A DNA stretch of 64,000 nt from Schizochytrium sp. TIO01. Lineage: Eukaryota; Protista; Bigyra: Labyrinthulomycetes. Made by a program: the position numbers and the translations under genes. The stretch covers positions 558,001 through 622,000 of the forward strand of contig SMSO01000007.1 of the NCBI GenBank assembly GCA_004764695.1, read 5' to 3'. Shown here piece by piece: positions 1 through 9,261 of this stretch. The number at the start of each line of letters is the position of its first letter. Positions within the stretch are counted from its first letter, which is position 1. The notes beneath the pieces were generated by a model. The model did not search any database. It saw only the letters and a list, made by a program, of their open reading frames with translations, and was not told the DNA's origin.

Positions 1-352
1 TTGTAAAAGCTGAAAGGGGGGAAGTTCATTTCTTTCAAGGTAAAAAAATTACACTTAAAAGATTTTTGAGGTACGCAAAACGGAAAGATCGCTTTCAGGT
101 TCTGGTAAAGCTGAAAGGGGGAAAGGACAATCACGCTTGCTCAACCAAAACGAGTGCCCCTCTCAAATTGAAGCACGCGTAATCGACATGTTTGGATTTC
201 TATCGATCGAGCGCGTTGCGTTTTTTCCTGAGATCTGTCGGTCTGGCTAGATCTAGGATGTGTAATCCCCTGGTTGAGTGAAAGTGGGTGTTTCGTTGCA
301 GGCAAATCCGGAATTCTGTCAGCACGTGCAGAGTTTAAGAAGATAAACAAGG

Positions 353-781
353 ATGGCTCTGCGCCCCGAGAAGCCGTCGAATCTCGTACGGAGACCTTCA
401 ACGAGGTCTATTGTTGGTGCTTTTGAGAGAGTGTTGACTGTTTCTCGGAATTTGCAAGAGAAAACTGGTGAATTGGCTTCGAAATTGAAGGTTCTTGAAG
501 CCCGTGTGCATGAAATTCGACCTTCCATTAATCCTTCCTTGGCCCCGGCCATTGATGCAGCAGTGAGAGGAGACGAAAAAGCACAGAAGATTGTACGAGA
601 GAGTGAATCCAAAGTTCCTCTGTGTCAGAAAAGGGCGGTCGCGGCGTACACAGCCGCAAGCCACTCTCTCTTTCGTGTCCTTGCAGACACTGCAGCACTG
701 GAGGAAACAAAGACAGAGTGTGCACTCTTAGTCTCTCAGGCACTCTCCCTTTTCCAAGTTGTTGAAGGTGAACACGATTGA
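353..781 (+). CDS. Hypothetical helical protein (142 aa); possibly the N-terminus of the downstream gene via a frameshift near 750
   Basis: ATG preceded by an A-rich leader (aagataaacaaggATG) like other island genes. Helical, coiled-coil-like composition. Overlaps the 759 ORF by 23 nt. Confidence 0.45.
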   Translation: MALRPEKPSNLVRRPSTRSIVGAFERVLTVSRNLQEKTGELASKLKVLEARVHEIRPSINPSLAPAIDAAVRGDEKAQKIVRESESKVPLCQKRAVAAYTAASHSLFRVLADTAALEETKTECALLVSQALSLFQVVEGEHD

Positions 782-881
782 TAGGCCGTCCATTAGTGAA
801 ATCGTTAAGAGTGTGAAAGGGCTTGAAACGAGGCAAGAAGAAGAAGAAGAAGAAGAAGAAGAAGAAGAAAAGGAGAAAGCA

Positions 882-2972
882 ATGCCCTTTCCTCGTCTCT
901 CAAGAAAGAAAGCCAAGCACGGCTTGTCTGCGCCCCTTCACGCGAAAGGGGACGGGACCACTCGGGATCGAGGTGTTGGAGCTCGGACGGGAGCTCGGAC
1001 GGGAGACGCAGGCGGACTCGAGCCAATCCTTGGAGCAATGGTGACAAGCAACCGACTTAGCACGAGCAGTCGCTCATCGCAGCGAACTGACAACGCGGGG
1101 ATGCTTAACCGACTTGCCCTCTATCATGACCGTCTAAAAACTGAACAAGCTAGACTTCGAGAACTTGAAAATGATTTGAAAGAGCTGAAAAAGGAGCTAC
1201 CTGACGGTGCTGCTCTTGTCCTTGTTGATGTTTTAAATGGGGACGTTACGTTTGAGAATGCAAAAGAAGACGTGAGGGAAAATACGAATTTAGAGAATCG
1301 AGAAAAGGGTTTTTTTCTTGACGCTCTGCGCATAGCAAAGAAGATCCTTCAATTGGAATCTGAAATCGGGAAAATCGAGGGAAAGATTGAGGAATTTGAG
1401 TCTGGAGGCGGTGAAGAAGGAGAAAGCATTTCGCGTTTCTCCGGATCAGTTTGGGAATCCCTTGGGTGCGCTTTACCTGAAATTACTCACGATCCTTCTT
1501 TACCCGTATCAAACACGAATATCTCAAATACGGATAACTATCCTTTTGCCCCGAAGACTGTCCAGGGGATTGACTGGGATAATTTCATGGCATACTGCGC
1601 AGATAAAGGACATTTGGAAAAACTTCAGCAAGAATCAACTAATGAAAGTGTTGGTGATTTACTTGAGAGGTCAATGCGCTCTCTTTATATAAAGTCTGAG
1701 AGTTCCGTTGGACTTTGTTTTTCACAAGTTTTCCAAGCAGTCATCTCTACTCTAGACTTCATTCCAAAAAACCTCCGCTACACGTCTGACAAGTCCTCGA
1801 CGGGTGGTCTTCGACCAGATTTTATTATTGGTACCGTCAGAGATGGGGTTACAGTACCTATAAATCCCTTGCTTGTGGGTGAACTGAAGAGTTACAGTTC
1901 AGATTCTGAACCATTTTATTTCCGTTGGTGTGAAAGGGATGGACATGACCCTGAACGATGCCCTAATCGTGCTCATTCTGAGAGGCACACGAATGTGTCC
2001 CCAATTAGACAGTTGTATAACTACATGGTCGACTCTGGCAAGTTTGTTGGTGTTTACTCCCACTATGGCTGTACTGCGGCATTCTTCCGTGACTGTAAAG
2101 GCACTCTTGTTACAACACCGATGCTCCCTGACGACTCTGCTCCAATGAGCGTGCCACAGTTGCTCGCCTTGGTTATCATGATTGCCATGTCTGAGGAGGT
2201 GCCGGAATTTTACGACGGTAAAAGGCCCATTTTGGTGCCATGCGAAGGTACAAGAAGTTGCAAAGGTGTCAATCATCACCATACCAGTCTACCTGATGAC
2301 TGTAAGTGGGCAGAGGACGATCTCAAGCGTAGCGCTAAACCTAGAACAGGAGCCACTGCAACGAGAAGGGCGGCGAACAAGTCCCTTTACAAAAAGCATG
2401 ACACTCCCATCACCTGGGGTGATCTCTACAACTGCAAGTACATTTCTGACTGCTACACAGGTAACGCAGTTGAGTGTGAGATCATGGGCGAGCGAGCAGT
2501 GGTTAAATACAACGATTTCGGCGATCACGAAGATGCTGATGAGCGTCTTGACCAGATTGATTTTGAAGCTGAAGTCTACGCAAACTTGTCTGACTTGCAG
2601 GGGGATTGTATTCCCAAATACCTGGGCCATGGCTCCATTACCGATACTGATGGATCCCAGTATGGTTTTGCTACCTCTTATGCAGGTGAGTCACTCTCGT
2701 ATGAATCTCTTGATTCTCTCACTGAAGAGTTCAAGGCAAGCGTCAAGGATGCCCTAGACAAGATACACGCGCGTGGTGTTTTGCATGGCGACCTGAGACT
2801 TCCGAACATCCTGAAGTCGAAGGACGATCCCGAGAAGGCAGTTTTTATCGACTTCAGTCATTCAGGGATCTATGACGACCCTGATGGTCAGTTCTTTCAA
2901 AGCCTCGCAAAATATGAGAAGGAGAACCTCGTCAAGCTCTTGAAAGGCGAAAAAATCAAACAAGTTTTTTGA
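882..2972 (+). CDS. Coiled coil + PD-(D/E)xK restriction-endonuclease-fold domain + protein kinase (Crinkler/CR-effector-like REase-kinase architecture)
   Basis: Nuclease motifs LRPDFIIG...LVGELKS...RQLYNYM...GVYSHY. Kinase motifs AVVK, FEAEVYANLSDLQGDCIPKYLG, IHARGVLHGDLRLPNIL, FIDFSHS. Frame is open from 759; first ATG is at 882. Confidence 0.85.
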   Translation: MPFPRLSRKKAKHGLSAPLHAKGDGTTRDRGVGARTGARTGDAGGLEPILGAMVTSNRLSTSSRSSQRTDNAGMLNRLALYHDRLKTEQARLRELENDLKELKKELPDGAALVLVDVLNGDVTFENAKEDVRENTNLENREKGFFLDALRIAKKILQLESEIGKIEGKIEEFESGGGEEGESISRFSGSVWESLGCALPEITHDPSLPVSNTNISNTDNYPFAPKTVQGIDWDNFMAYCADKGHLEKLQQESTNESVGDLLERSMRSLYIKSESSVGLCFSQVFQAVISTLDFIPKNLRYTSDKSSTGGLRPDFIIGTVRDGVTVPINPLLVGELKSYSSDSEPFYFRWCERDGHDPERCPNRAHSERHTNVSPIRQLYNYMVDSGKFVGVYSHYGCTAAFFRDCKGTLVTTPMLPDDSAPMSVPQLLALVIMIAMSEEVPEFYDGKRPILVPCEGTRSCKGVNHHHTSLPDDCKWAEDDLKRSAKPRTGATATRRAANKSLYKKHDTPITWGDLYNCKYISDCYTGNAVECEIMGERAVVKYNDFGDHEDADERLDQIDFEAEVYANLSDLQGDCIPKYLGHGSITDTDGSQYGFATSYAGESLSYESLDSLTEEFKASVKDALDKIHARGVLHGDLRLPNILKSKDDPEKAVFIDFSHSGIYDDPDGQFFQSLAKYEKENLVKLLKGEKIKQVF

Positions 2973-3081
2973 ACACTCACAAGTTAATAACCCCTAACTC
3001 ATGAAAAGAAGAAGAAGAAGAAGAAATAATCAATGTTTGTTTGGTTTCCAATCCATTTTATTATAATAAAATGCTACTTAG

Positions 3082-3831
3082 TTAGGTTACGGAGAGGATC
3101 TCTCGCAAGTGATTTTCCACTGCAGAACTTGTGTACTCCCTGAACCGCTGCTTGTCTTTGGATTGATGGCAAGTTTCGAACAATGCCAACGGATCCACTG
3201 TTGTTGCTGCTGATGCTGCTGCTGCCGTTACTTTAGTCGCTTCGGCGTAGTCTTGGGAGGGTCCAAGCAATGGAATTGGGCCCGGGACAAAGGAGTTAAG
3301 TAGCCACGAAAAGAGCACACGAGCGGTCCTTCCATTGCCAAATGCAAAGGGTTTGAGAAACAGGAACTTTGCTATAAATTCTGTCGCAACGTGCAAAGCA
3401 TCTTGCAATGCGGCGGCTTCTATATCTTTTACATCTTGCTTTCCTGTGATCGAGAAAGGTGTGGTTTGGTATTTTATAATGTGATTCCTCAGTGCACGAT
3501 CAAGAAGCCCAGGGGTTGGATGAACAAGAGGAATTCTCGTCAAATCACAGGTAATTTGGTGACGCCTGAATGAGAATGCGGATGCACTTCGCAATTTGCT
3601 GCTGCTTTGGGGCTGGCCGAGGATGATTGCGTTAAGTTTGCAGAGAAACGAAAAGGAAAGCCCGCCATCATAATGCATTGCGAACTTGTAAGCTTCAACG
3701 AGGTCGGTTCTGTTTTTTTCTTCGGTTTCCAGGGCTACTCGCTGTAAAAACCAAGTTATCAAGGGGCCGTTTTGCAGTTCGCAGCGACTCCTTGCTTCTC
3801 GCGCTAGTTCACTCAAGTCAAGGCCGGTCAT
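3082..3831 (-). CDS. Fic/Fido-domain protein with a degenerate active-site motif
   Basis: FLFLKPFAFGNGRTAR aligns to HPFx(D/E)GNGRxxR. Upstream LCKLNAIILG...KLRS matches the usual Fic helix and flap. Confidence 0.8.
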   Translation of the reverse strand: MTGLDLSELAREARSRCELQNGPLITWFLQRVALETEEKNRTDLVEAYKFAMHYDGGLSFSFLCKLNAIILGQPQSSSKLRSASAFSFRRHQITCDLTRIPLVHPTPGLLDRALRNHIIKYQTTPFSITGKQDVKDIEAAALQDALHVATEFIAKFLFLKPFAFGNGRTARVLFSWLLNSFVPGPIPLLGPSQDYAEATKVTAAAASAATTVDPLALFETCHQSKDKQRFREYTSSAVENHLREILSVT

Positions 3832-3981
3832 TTTTCTGTTGTTGTTTTGTTTTGTTTTTGTCGATTTTGCTTGGTTGACGAAAGAAGTGCAGAGAAAATT
3901 AAATTTGTTCGTTCTTCTTCTTGATTTGACTATTTTTAATGAATAAAAGCGCGTTGGTTCTTTTGTTGCTTCCTTGTTATA

Positions 3982-4422
3982 TTAAACCCAAGGTTCCATT
4001 CGTTCTCTGGAGAGCCGCACGTCAAAAATGACACCATCGTTCGCACCGGTAATCAAGGTGCTAGAGAGTGTGACATCAAAGAGATAATTGCCGTAAGAAA
4101 TGTCCTGCTTTTGGATGTCTCCTAGACAGTCAATGTCTAGCTCAGGGAGGCAAATTTCGCCTAGAAAGCCGCGCAGCCGGGCTGGTGCAATGTAAACCCT
4201 ATCCCCGTCTTCTACAATTAAGGCTAGATCAGACTCTTCAAGAGGGAGTACCTCGTGCGCAGCAGGGGAAACGCACATGGCCACTTTGGCATTATCATAC
4301 TTGTACGCAAATAGAATGACCGTCTCACTAAGCAACTCAAGAGAGTATTCAATGTTGTCCTGATGAAATCCAACATCTTCTTCCTTTTCGTAATCCACGT
4401 AGAAATTCGGTAGCCAAGCCAT
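3982..4422 (-). CDS. Hypothetical acidic protein (146 aa)
   Basis: Likely start MAWLPNFY at 4422, after an A/C-rich leader. Globular, D/E-rich composition; no motif recognised. Confidence 0.6.
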   Translation of the reverse strand: MAWLPNFYVDYEKEEDVGFHQDNIEYSLELLSETVILFAYKYDNAKVAMCVSPAAHEVLPLEESDLALIVEDGDRVYIAPARLRGFLGEICLPELDIDCLGDIQKQDISYGNYLFDVTLSSTLITGANDGVIFDVRLSRERMEPWV

Positions 4423-4794
4423 TTGTTTTCTGGGTCTGGTACGTTTGTTTTCTTCTTCTTGTTTTGGTTCTACGTTTCTCTTGGGTTTGGGCCGGTTCTG
4501 CAGTGGATTGCTTGGAAACATGGCAACAATAAACGCGCACGCCCAACACAAAGGGAATAAATCAGACAAATTTGGGTTTTGCCTGATCATTTTACAATTT
4601 TGTCCTATGTCTTACCACAATCAAAGTTATCCTATTGTAAACCCTATCAACCTCATTAGTAAGAATATGTACTTCCAGGAGTCCCACCTGCTTGAACCAT
4701 TCTCGACGCCACAACTATATAATACTACTGGACTGTTACCTTTGATTCATCGACTAAGTTGTCTCCTACTAGAAACTATAGTATGAAAAATAAC

Positions 4795-4920
4795 TCGAGT
4801 GGTGTGTTCAGAACAGTTAGGGAACAGTCGAATCGACCGGTCGAATCGGTCGATAGAGTCGATTCGACTCAATCGACTGGTCGAATCGATCGTTCTCTAT
4901 AGTGGAACGATATAGAACAC
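4795..4920. promoter_or_regulatory. Cluster of TCGA-based palindromes in a divergent intergenic region
   Basis: About 9 TCGA within 4827-4892, including GTCGAATCGAC (4827) and GAGTCGATTCGACTC (4856-4870), flanked by GTTC/GAAC motifs. Function is inferred. Confidence 0.45.
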
Positions 4921-4973
4921 ATCAGAATTCAATCCAAAGGGCCAAAAAGTCGAGTCAAACAGACCAAAAAACC

Positions 4974-6176
4974 ATGGCAACGCCATTTAGGGAACGCCAG
5001 ACCAATGCGAATGTGGGCGTCGCTCAAGATGGCGTCCCCTGGCCACCCCCGCCGACTACTGCAAAGAAAGCGAGGCGACCAAGGGCGGCGGCGAACAACG
5101 CAAGCTCTTCTTCTTCTTCTTCTTCCTCCATTGGCCATGACCTTGAAAATGAAACAGGGCGACAAGAAGAAAATCGTGGTTCTTCAACCAAGCTCCTCGA
5201 ACAGCTGATTTCAACGGTGGGTCAACTGGAAGAGAGCATCAAAGGCCTGCATAAGGACTTGCGCAGAGGTGAGAAGCGCATGAGGCACATGGAGCACGTT
5301 GTTTCCACGCTGGTAGAAGCTACCGGACAGGATTTCGCTCAAATCCAGGAAAGGCTCAAGGCGGATAACGAGAGGCTCCGCAAGGTCTTCAAAAAGACAT
5401 TACCCTTCGTACAGCTCAGTAGTGCAGATGAACAAGGGGGCAAGGAAATTGCTGCTCAAATCGGCGAGCTCGATCTCCCGCACGAAGAGCACGAGGGAGC
5501 TGGCTTACAAATTAACCAGCTGGAGGTGGCTAGCATGAATAATGACGACAATGATGATGATGACTTTCATCACGGTGGGAATAGCGATCAAGAGCAAGAA
5601 GAAGAGGAGGAAGAGGAAGAAGACCAAGAGGAGAAGCAGAGGAAAATGTACGAAGCGTTAAAAGAGCCCTTTGATAAATGGTTCCTGGCTTCAGGCAGTC
5701 AACGCATTCCTATGGTGTTCACCTTTCTTGCTGCGAAGAACATGAATCCCCGGCCTTACAGCAATTCAAAATCAGGGAAAAGGAGGGATAAAGATATGAA
5801 AGAAAGGGCTGCTTTTGTTCAAAGGTACTATAAGAATAAAATGCAGAGACTGCCCCTTTGGAGCGAGCTGATCAAGGATTACTTGGATTACGCGGAGGCA
5901 TCAGAGCACCGCGAGATTTCATTTCCTGCAAACTTCAATGCTTTCAGTGTCGATGCGGTCAACGCAGGTCTCAAACAGAGCTACGCAACGTTCCAGGCTC
6001 GGCTGATGGACTCTTTCCGCAAGACAGTTACCCTAAAGCACGAGAATGACGACCGTCTAAGACAAGAATGGACTGCTATCCTGGAGCACGTATTTGAGGA
6101 AAAAGAGCTCACCGTTCCGTTCCGCGCGGAGGAAGAACAAGAACAGTCTGATAGCAGTGACTCAGACGACGAATGA
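4974..6176 (+). CDS. Hypothetical protein (400 aa) with basic N-terminus, coiled coil, acidic tract and helical C-terminal domain
   Basis: Long open frame. ATG at 4974 in aaaaaaccATGG context. KKARRPR could be an NLS. Heptad-like segment LLEQLISTVGQLEESIKGLHKDL. Confidence 0.75.
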   Translation: MATPFRERQTNANVGVAQDGVPWPPPPTTAKKARRPRAAANNASSSSSSSSSIGHDLENETGRQEENRGSSTKLLEQLISTVGQLEESIKGLHKDLRRGEKRMRHMEHVVSTLVEATGQDFAQIQERLKADNERLRKVFKKTLPFVQLSSADEQGGKEIAAQIGELDLPHEEHEGAGLQINQLEVASMNNDDNDDDDFHHGGNSDQEQEEEEEEEEDQEEKQRKMYEALKEPFDKWFLASGSQRIPMVFTFLAAKNMNPRPYSNSKSGKRRDKDMKERAAFVQRYYKNKMQRLPLWSELIKDYLDYAEASEHREISFPANFNAFSVDAVNAGLKQSYATFQARLMDSFRKTVTLKHENDDRLRQEWTAILEHVFEEKELTVPFRAEEEQEQSDSSDSDDE

Positions 6177-6328
6177 ATGAATGACAATTTTAGAAATCAA
6201 TTTTTCCTTCCCCCCCCACTCGCCTTTTTTAAAAATGTATCACCTTTAAAAATAACAGAAAGTAAGAACAAGTCTATTCATTCTTTCTTTTCTTTCTTTC
6301 TTTTCTTTCTTTCTTTCTTTCTTTCATC

Positions 6329-6814
6329 ATGACTAGCACCCAGGTAGCTACTACAACTACATCCAGCATCCAAGACAGAACGAGCACAATTACCGAGCTC
6401 CAGCGCCTCGGCGCGCTCGCGCGCTCAATTGAAGGGACAGAAGGAGCCTCGGACGGCACTTTGCAAAGCAACACAGACCGCCTCGGCACGCTCTGGCTGG
6501 GCGCAGCGGACTTACTTTTTCGTTACCCAGCCAGTCTCTCTTCAATCCAGTCATCTAGCATGCTTAGTGCACACCTTGGTAGTGACCGAGACAGCTTGGT
6601 TGCGTGGGCGGGCGTGCCTGACGCTTCTGTGACTGTGGATGAATACGAAGCAGAACTTCGTGCGATACAGAAAACTGTGGGTGAGACCAGGCGGGACCGC
6701 GTGCCCTCCATTGTATCGATCGTCTCACTGGTTGCTGTGATCGCAGGTTTAATTGCTGCTTTTCTGATGCTTCAAAGGGAGTTACCTCGTTTGCGCTGGA
6801 CTGCTTTCTTCTAA
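6329..6814 (+). CDS. Hypothetical membrane protein with a C-terminal TM helix (161 aa)
   Basis: T/S-rich N-terminus and hydrophobic segment IVSIVSLVAVIAGLIAAFLML. Confidence 0.65.
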   Translation: MTSTQVATTTTSSIQDRTSTITELQRLGALARSIEGTEGASDGTLQSNTDRLGTLWLGAADLLFRYPASLSSIQSSSMLSAHLGSDRDSLVAWAGVPDASVTVDEYEAELRAIQKTVGETRRDRVPSIVSIVSLVAVIAGLIAAFLMLQRELPRLRWTAFF

Positions 6815-6866
6815 GCATAATTCTTTCTGGAAACAAAAACAAAAACAAAAACAAAACAAAAACAAT

Positions 6867-6929
6867 TTAGTTATTGTCGTAGGTTTGAATCGTCACCCTT
6901 TCAGGGGAGAAAGGCGAGTTTAGGTTGAA
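6867..6929 (-). pseudogene. C-terminal remnant of a fourth copy of the 152-aa paralogue family
   Basis: Translates FNLNSPFSPERVTIQTYDNN*, matching NSPFSQERVIIE in the three intact copies. Confidence 0.7.
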
Positions 6930-7063
6930 TCTTTTTTTCTTCCTTCTTCTTTCATTGAGGAACCTAGCTAAGTCGCATTGGATGAAGTAACCTAGCTAGG
7001 TAGCTCCACACGGGAAATGAATGAATGAGTGATGAGAGAGAAAGGCAGGGTGGGGAGATTCAC

Positions 7064-7522
7064 TTAAGCGGCGGTCGCGACTTCGATGATCACCCTTTCC
7101 TGCGAGAAAGGCGAGTTTGGGTCACTATCCAGCATCTCACGAATGGCCTTTTCGTCGAGAAGACCCGGGTAAGTTGCAATCGTGACCTGCAAATCATCGG
7201 AATAGTCAATCATTCTCAGATCCCAAAGGAGTTGTCGCACAAAGCTCTCGTTATCCAGTCTTATCATAATCTTTTTGAGATCAGGGGCTTCGTAGACCTC
7301 ACGGAAAAATTCATGGATAGCTGCATCGTAATAAAGTTCACCTGAGAAAAGCTCGTGCTTAGAGATAGTCATTGTTTCACATCCCCTCATTCTCGTCACG
7401 TTCTCCTTGAACATTTCTTCCGTATACTCATCGTCCTCGTTGGGCTCAAACCCGTCGTCACCAATTTCGAATGAAAGGTGCGGGTGGCAAAAGTTCCCAC
7501 CTCCAAGAAAATGACAAACCAT
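7064..7522 (-). CDS. Tandem paralogue family, copy 1 (152 aa, acidic, unknown function)
   Basis: Colinear with copies 2 and 3 (GG.F..P..SF.IGD.GF; SGEL.YDA; LKKI.I.L; QVTIA.YP.LLDEK; SPFSQ.RVIIE). Confidence 0.85.
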   Translation of the reverse strand: MVCHFLGGGNFCHPHLSFEIGDDGFEPNEDDEYTEEMFKENVTRMRGCETMTISKHELFSGELYYDAAIHEFFREVYEAPDLKKIMIRLDNESFVRQLLWDLRMIDYSDDLQVTIATYPGLLDEKAIREMLDSDPNSPFSQERVIIEVATAA

Positions 7523-7562
7523 TGCGTTTTTGTTTGTTTTGTTTGATTGCTTGGTTTTTTTT

Positions 7563-7747
7563 CCTGCAAACTTTCTTCCTTTTCTTCTCGGGCTAGATAA
7601 TTTGGCAAGGTAATTATTCTTTCTGCAAACTTTCTTCCTTTTCTTCTCGGGCTGGATAATTTGGCAAGGTAATTATTTTATTCTTTCTGCAAACTTTCTT
7701 CCTTTTCTTCTCGGGCTAGATAATTTGGCAAGGTAATTATTCTTTCT
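7563..7747. repeat. Three tandem copies of a ~60-bp upstream (promoter-like) cassette
   Basis: Unit CTGCAAACTTTCTTCCTTTTCTTCTCGGGCTAGATAATTTGGCAAGGTAATTATTCTTT x3. Single diverged copies at ~8361-8420 and ~9026-9083. Confidence 0.9.
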
Positions 7748-7844
7748 TTCTGTTCTTCCTTAATTTCTTCTTTGTTAAGTAACCTAGCTAAGTCGCATCG
7801 GAAATGAAATGAGCGGTGAGAAGGACCGGGAGGATCTTAGGAGA

Positions 7845-8303
7845 TCACTTAAGTGGTCTTGTTTCAATGATCACCCTTCCCTGAGAGAAAGGCGAGTTGC
7901 TGCCTGTGTACAGCATCTTGCGAATGGTCTTTTCATCGAGAAGACTCGGGTAAGCCGCAATCGTGACCTGCACATCATCGGAATATTCAATCATTTTCAG
8001 ATCCCCAATGAGTTCTTCTAAAAAACTCTCGTCATTCAGTCTTATATAGATCTTTTTGAGTTCAGGGAGTTCGTAGACCTCCTGGAAAAATCCTTTGATA
8101 CCCGCATCATACCAAAGTTCACCTGAGTAAAGGTTGTTCCTGCAGATCAGCATTTCTTTACATTCCCTCATTCTCATCACGTTCCGCTGGAAAAGTTCTT
8201 CGGGATAATCACCGTACTTGTCGAGCTCAAACCCTTCGTCGCCAATTTGGAATGAAAAGAGTGGGAATCCAAAGTTTCCGCCTTGAAGAACATGGTAAAC
8301 CAT
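7845..8303 (-). CDS. Tandem paralogue family, copy 2 (152 aa)
   Basis: Start MVYHVLQGG at 8303 by homology. The ORF-track extension to 8366 is an (AAAC)n leader. Confidence 0.85.
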   Translation of the reverse strand: MVYHVLQGGNFGFPLFSFQIGDEGFELDKYGDYPEELFQRNVMRMRECKEMLICRNNLYSGELWYDAGIKGFFQEVYELPELKKIYIRLNDESFLEELIGDLKMIEYSDDVQVTIAAYPSLLDEKTIRKMLYTGSNSPFSQGRVIIETRPLK

Positions 8304-8509
8304 CGTGTTTGTTTGTTTGTTTGTTTGTTTGTTTGTTTGTTTGTTTGTTTTCCTAGTTTTCTGCAAACTCCTTCTCCTTTTCTTCTTAGGGTAGATAATT
8401 TGGCAAGGTGATTATTCTTTCTATAAAGTTTTTTTTCTTACTTCTTTTCTTTGTTATGTAACCTAGCTAAGTTGCATTGAAATGAATGAATGAGTGGTGA
8501 GGAGATCAC

Positions 8510-8965
8510 TTAAGCGGTCTTGTTTTCAATGATCACTCTTTCCTGGGAGAAAGGCGAGTCGTTGCCTCTATACAGCATCTTGCGAATGGTCTTTTCATCG
8601 AGAAGACCAGGGTAAGCTGCAATTGTGACCTGCAAATCATCGGAGTATTCAATCATTTTCAGATCATCAAGGAGTTCTTGTACAAAACTCTCGTCATCCA
8701 GGCCTATCCAGATCTTTTTGAGTCTAGGGAGTTCGTAGACCCCCTCGAAAAATTCTTTGATACCCGCATCATACGAAAGTTCACCTGAGTAAAGGCGGTT
8801 CCTAAAGATCAGCATTTCTTCACATTCCATCATCCTCCCCACGTTCTGCCGGAAAAGTCCTTCGGGGTAACCACCGTACTTGTTGAGCTTGAACCCTTCG
8901 TCACCAATTTGGAATGAAAAGATCGGATGGCTGAAGGTTCCGCCTTGAAGAACATGATAAACCAT
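8510..8965 (-). CDS. Tandem paralogue family, copy 3 (151 aa)
   Basis: Closely similar to copy 2 along its whole length. Confidence 0.85.
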   Translation of the reverse strand: MVYHVLQGGTFSHPIFSFQIGDEGFKLNKYGGYPEGLFRQNVGRMMECEEMLIFRNRLYSGELSYDAGIKEFFEGVYELPRLKKIWIGLDDESFVQELLDDLKMIEYSDDLQVTIAAYPGLLDEKTIRKMLYRGNDSPFSQERVIIENKTA

Positions 8966-9261
8966 CGCGTTTGCTTGTTTGTTTGTTTGTTTTCCTTTTC
9001 CTCTTTTCTGTTTGTTCCTTTTTTTCTGTAAACTTTCTCTTTCCTTCTCAGGGTAGATAATTTGGCGAGGTGATTATTCTTTCTGTATTCCTTTTACCTA
9101 TTCCATTTTCCCAAGGTTCTTCAATTTACCTATTGTTTCTCTTTTTTGTTGTTTGGTGGAAGAAAAACAAATAAAAATAATATCAATTTTCCCTGGGTAA
9201 ACACAACCAAAGAACAGGGGGGCAAAGGAATTTAGAGAGAAAGAAGAAAAACCAACAAAAC

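Noticed and set aside
759-810. LLKVNTIDRPSISEIV resembles kinase subdomain XI
   Set aside because: No other kinase motifs upstream in this frame (stop at 729). Too short to call a second kinase.
7563-7747. Direct repeats that could be read as a CRISPR array
   Set aside because: Units are head-to-tail with no unique spacers, there are no cas genes, and the context is eukaryotic.
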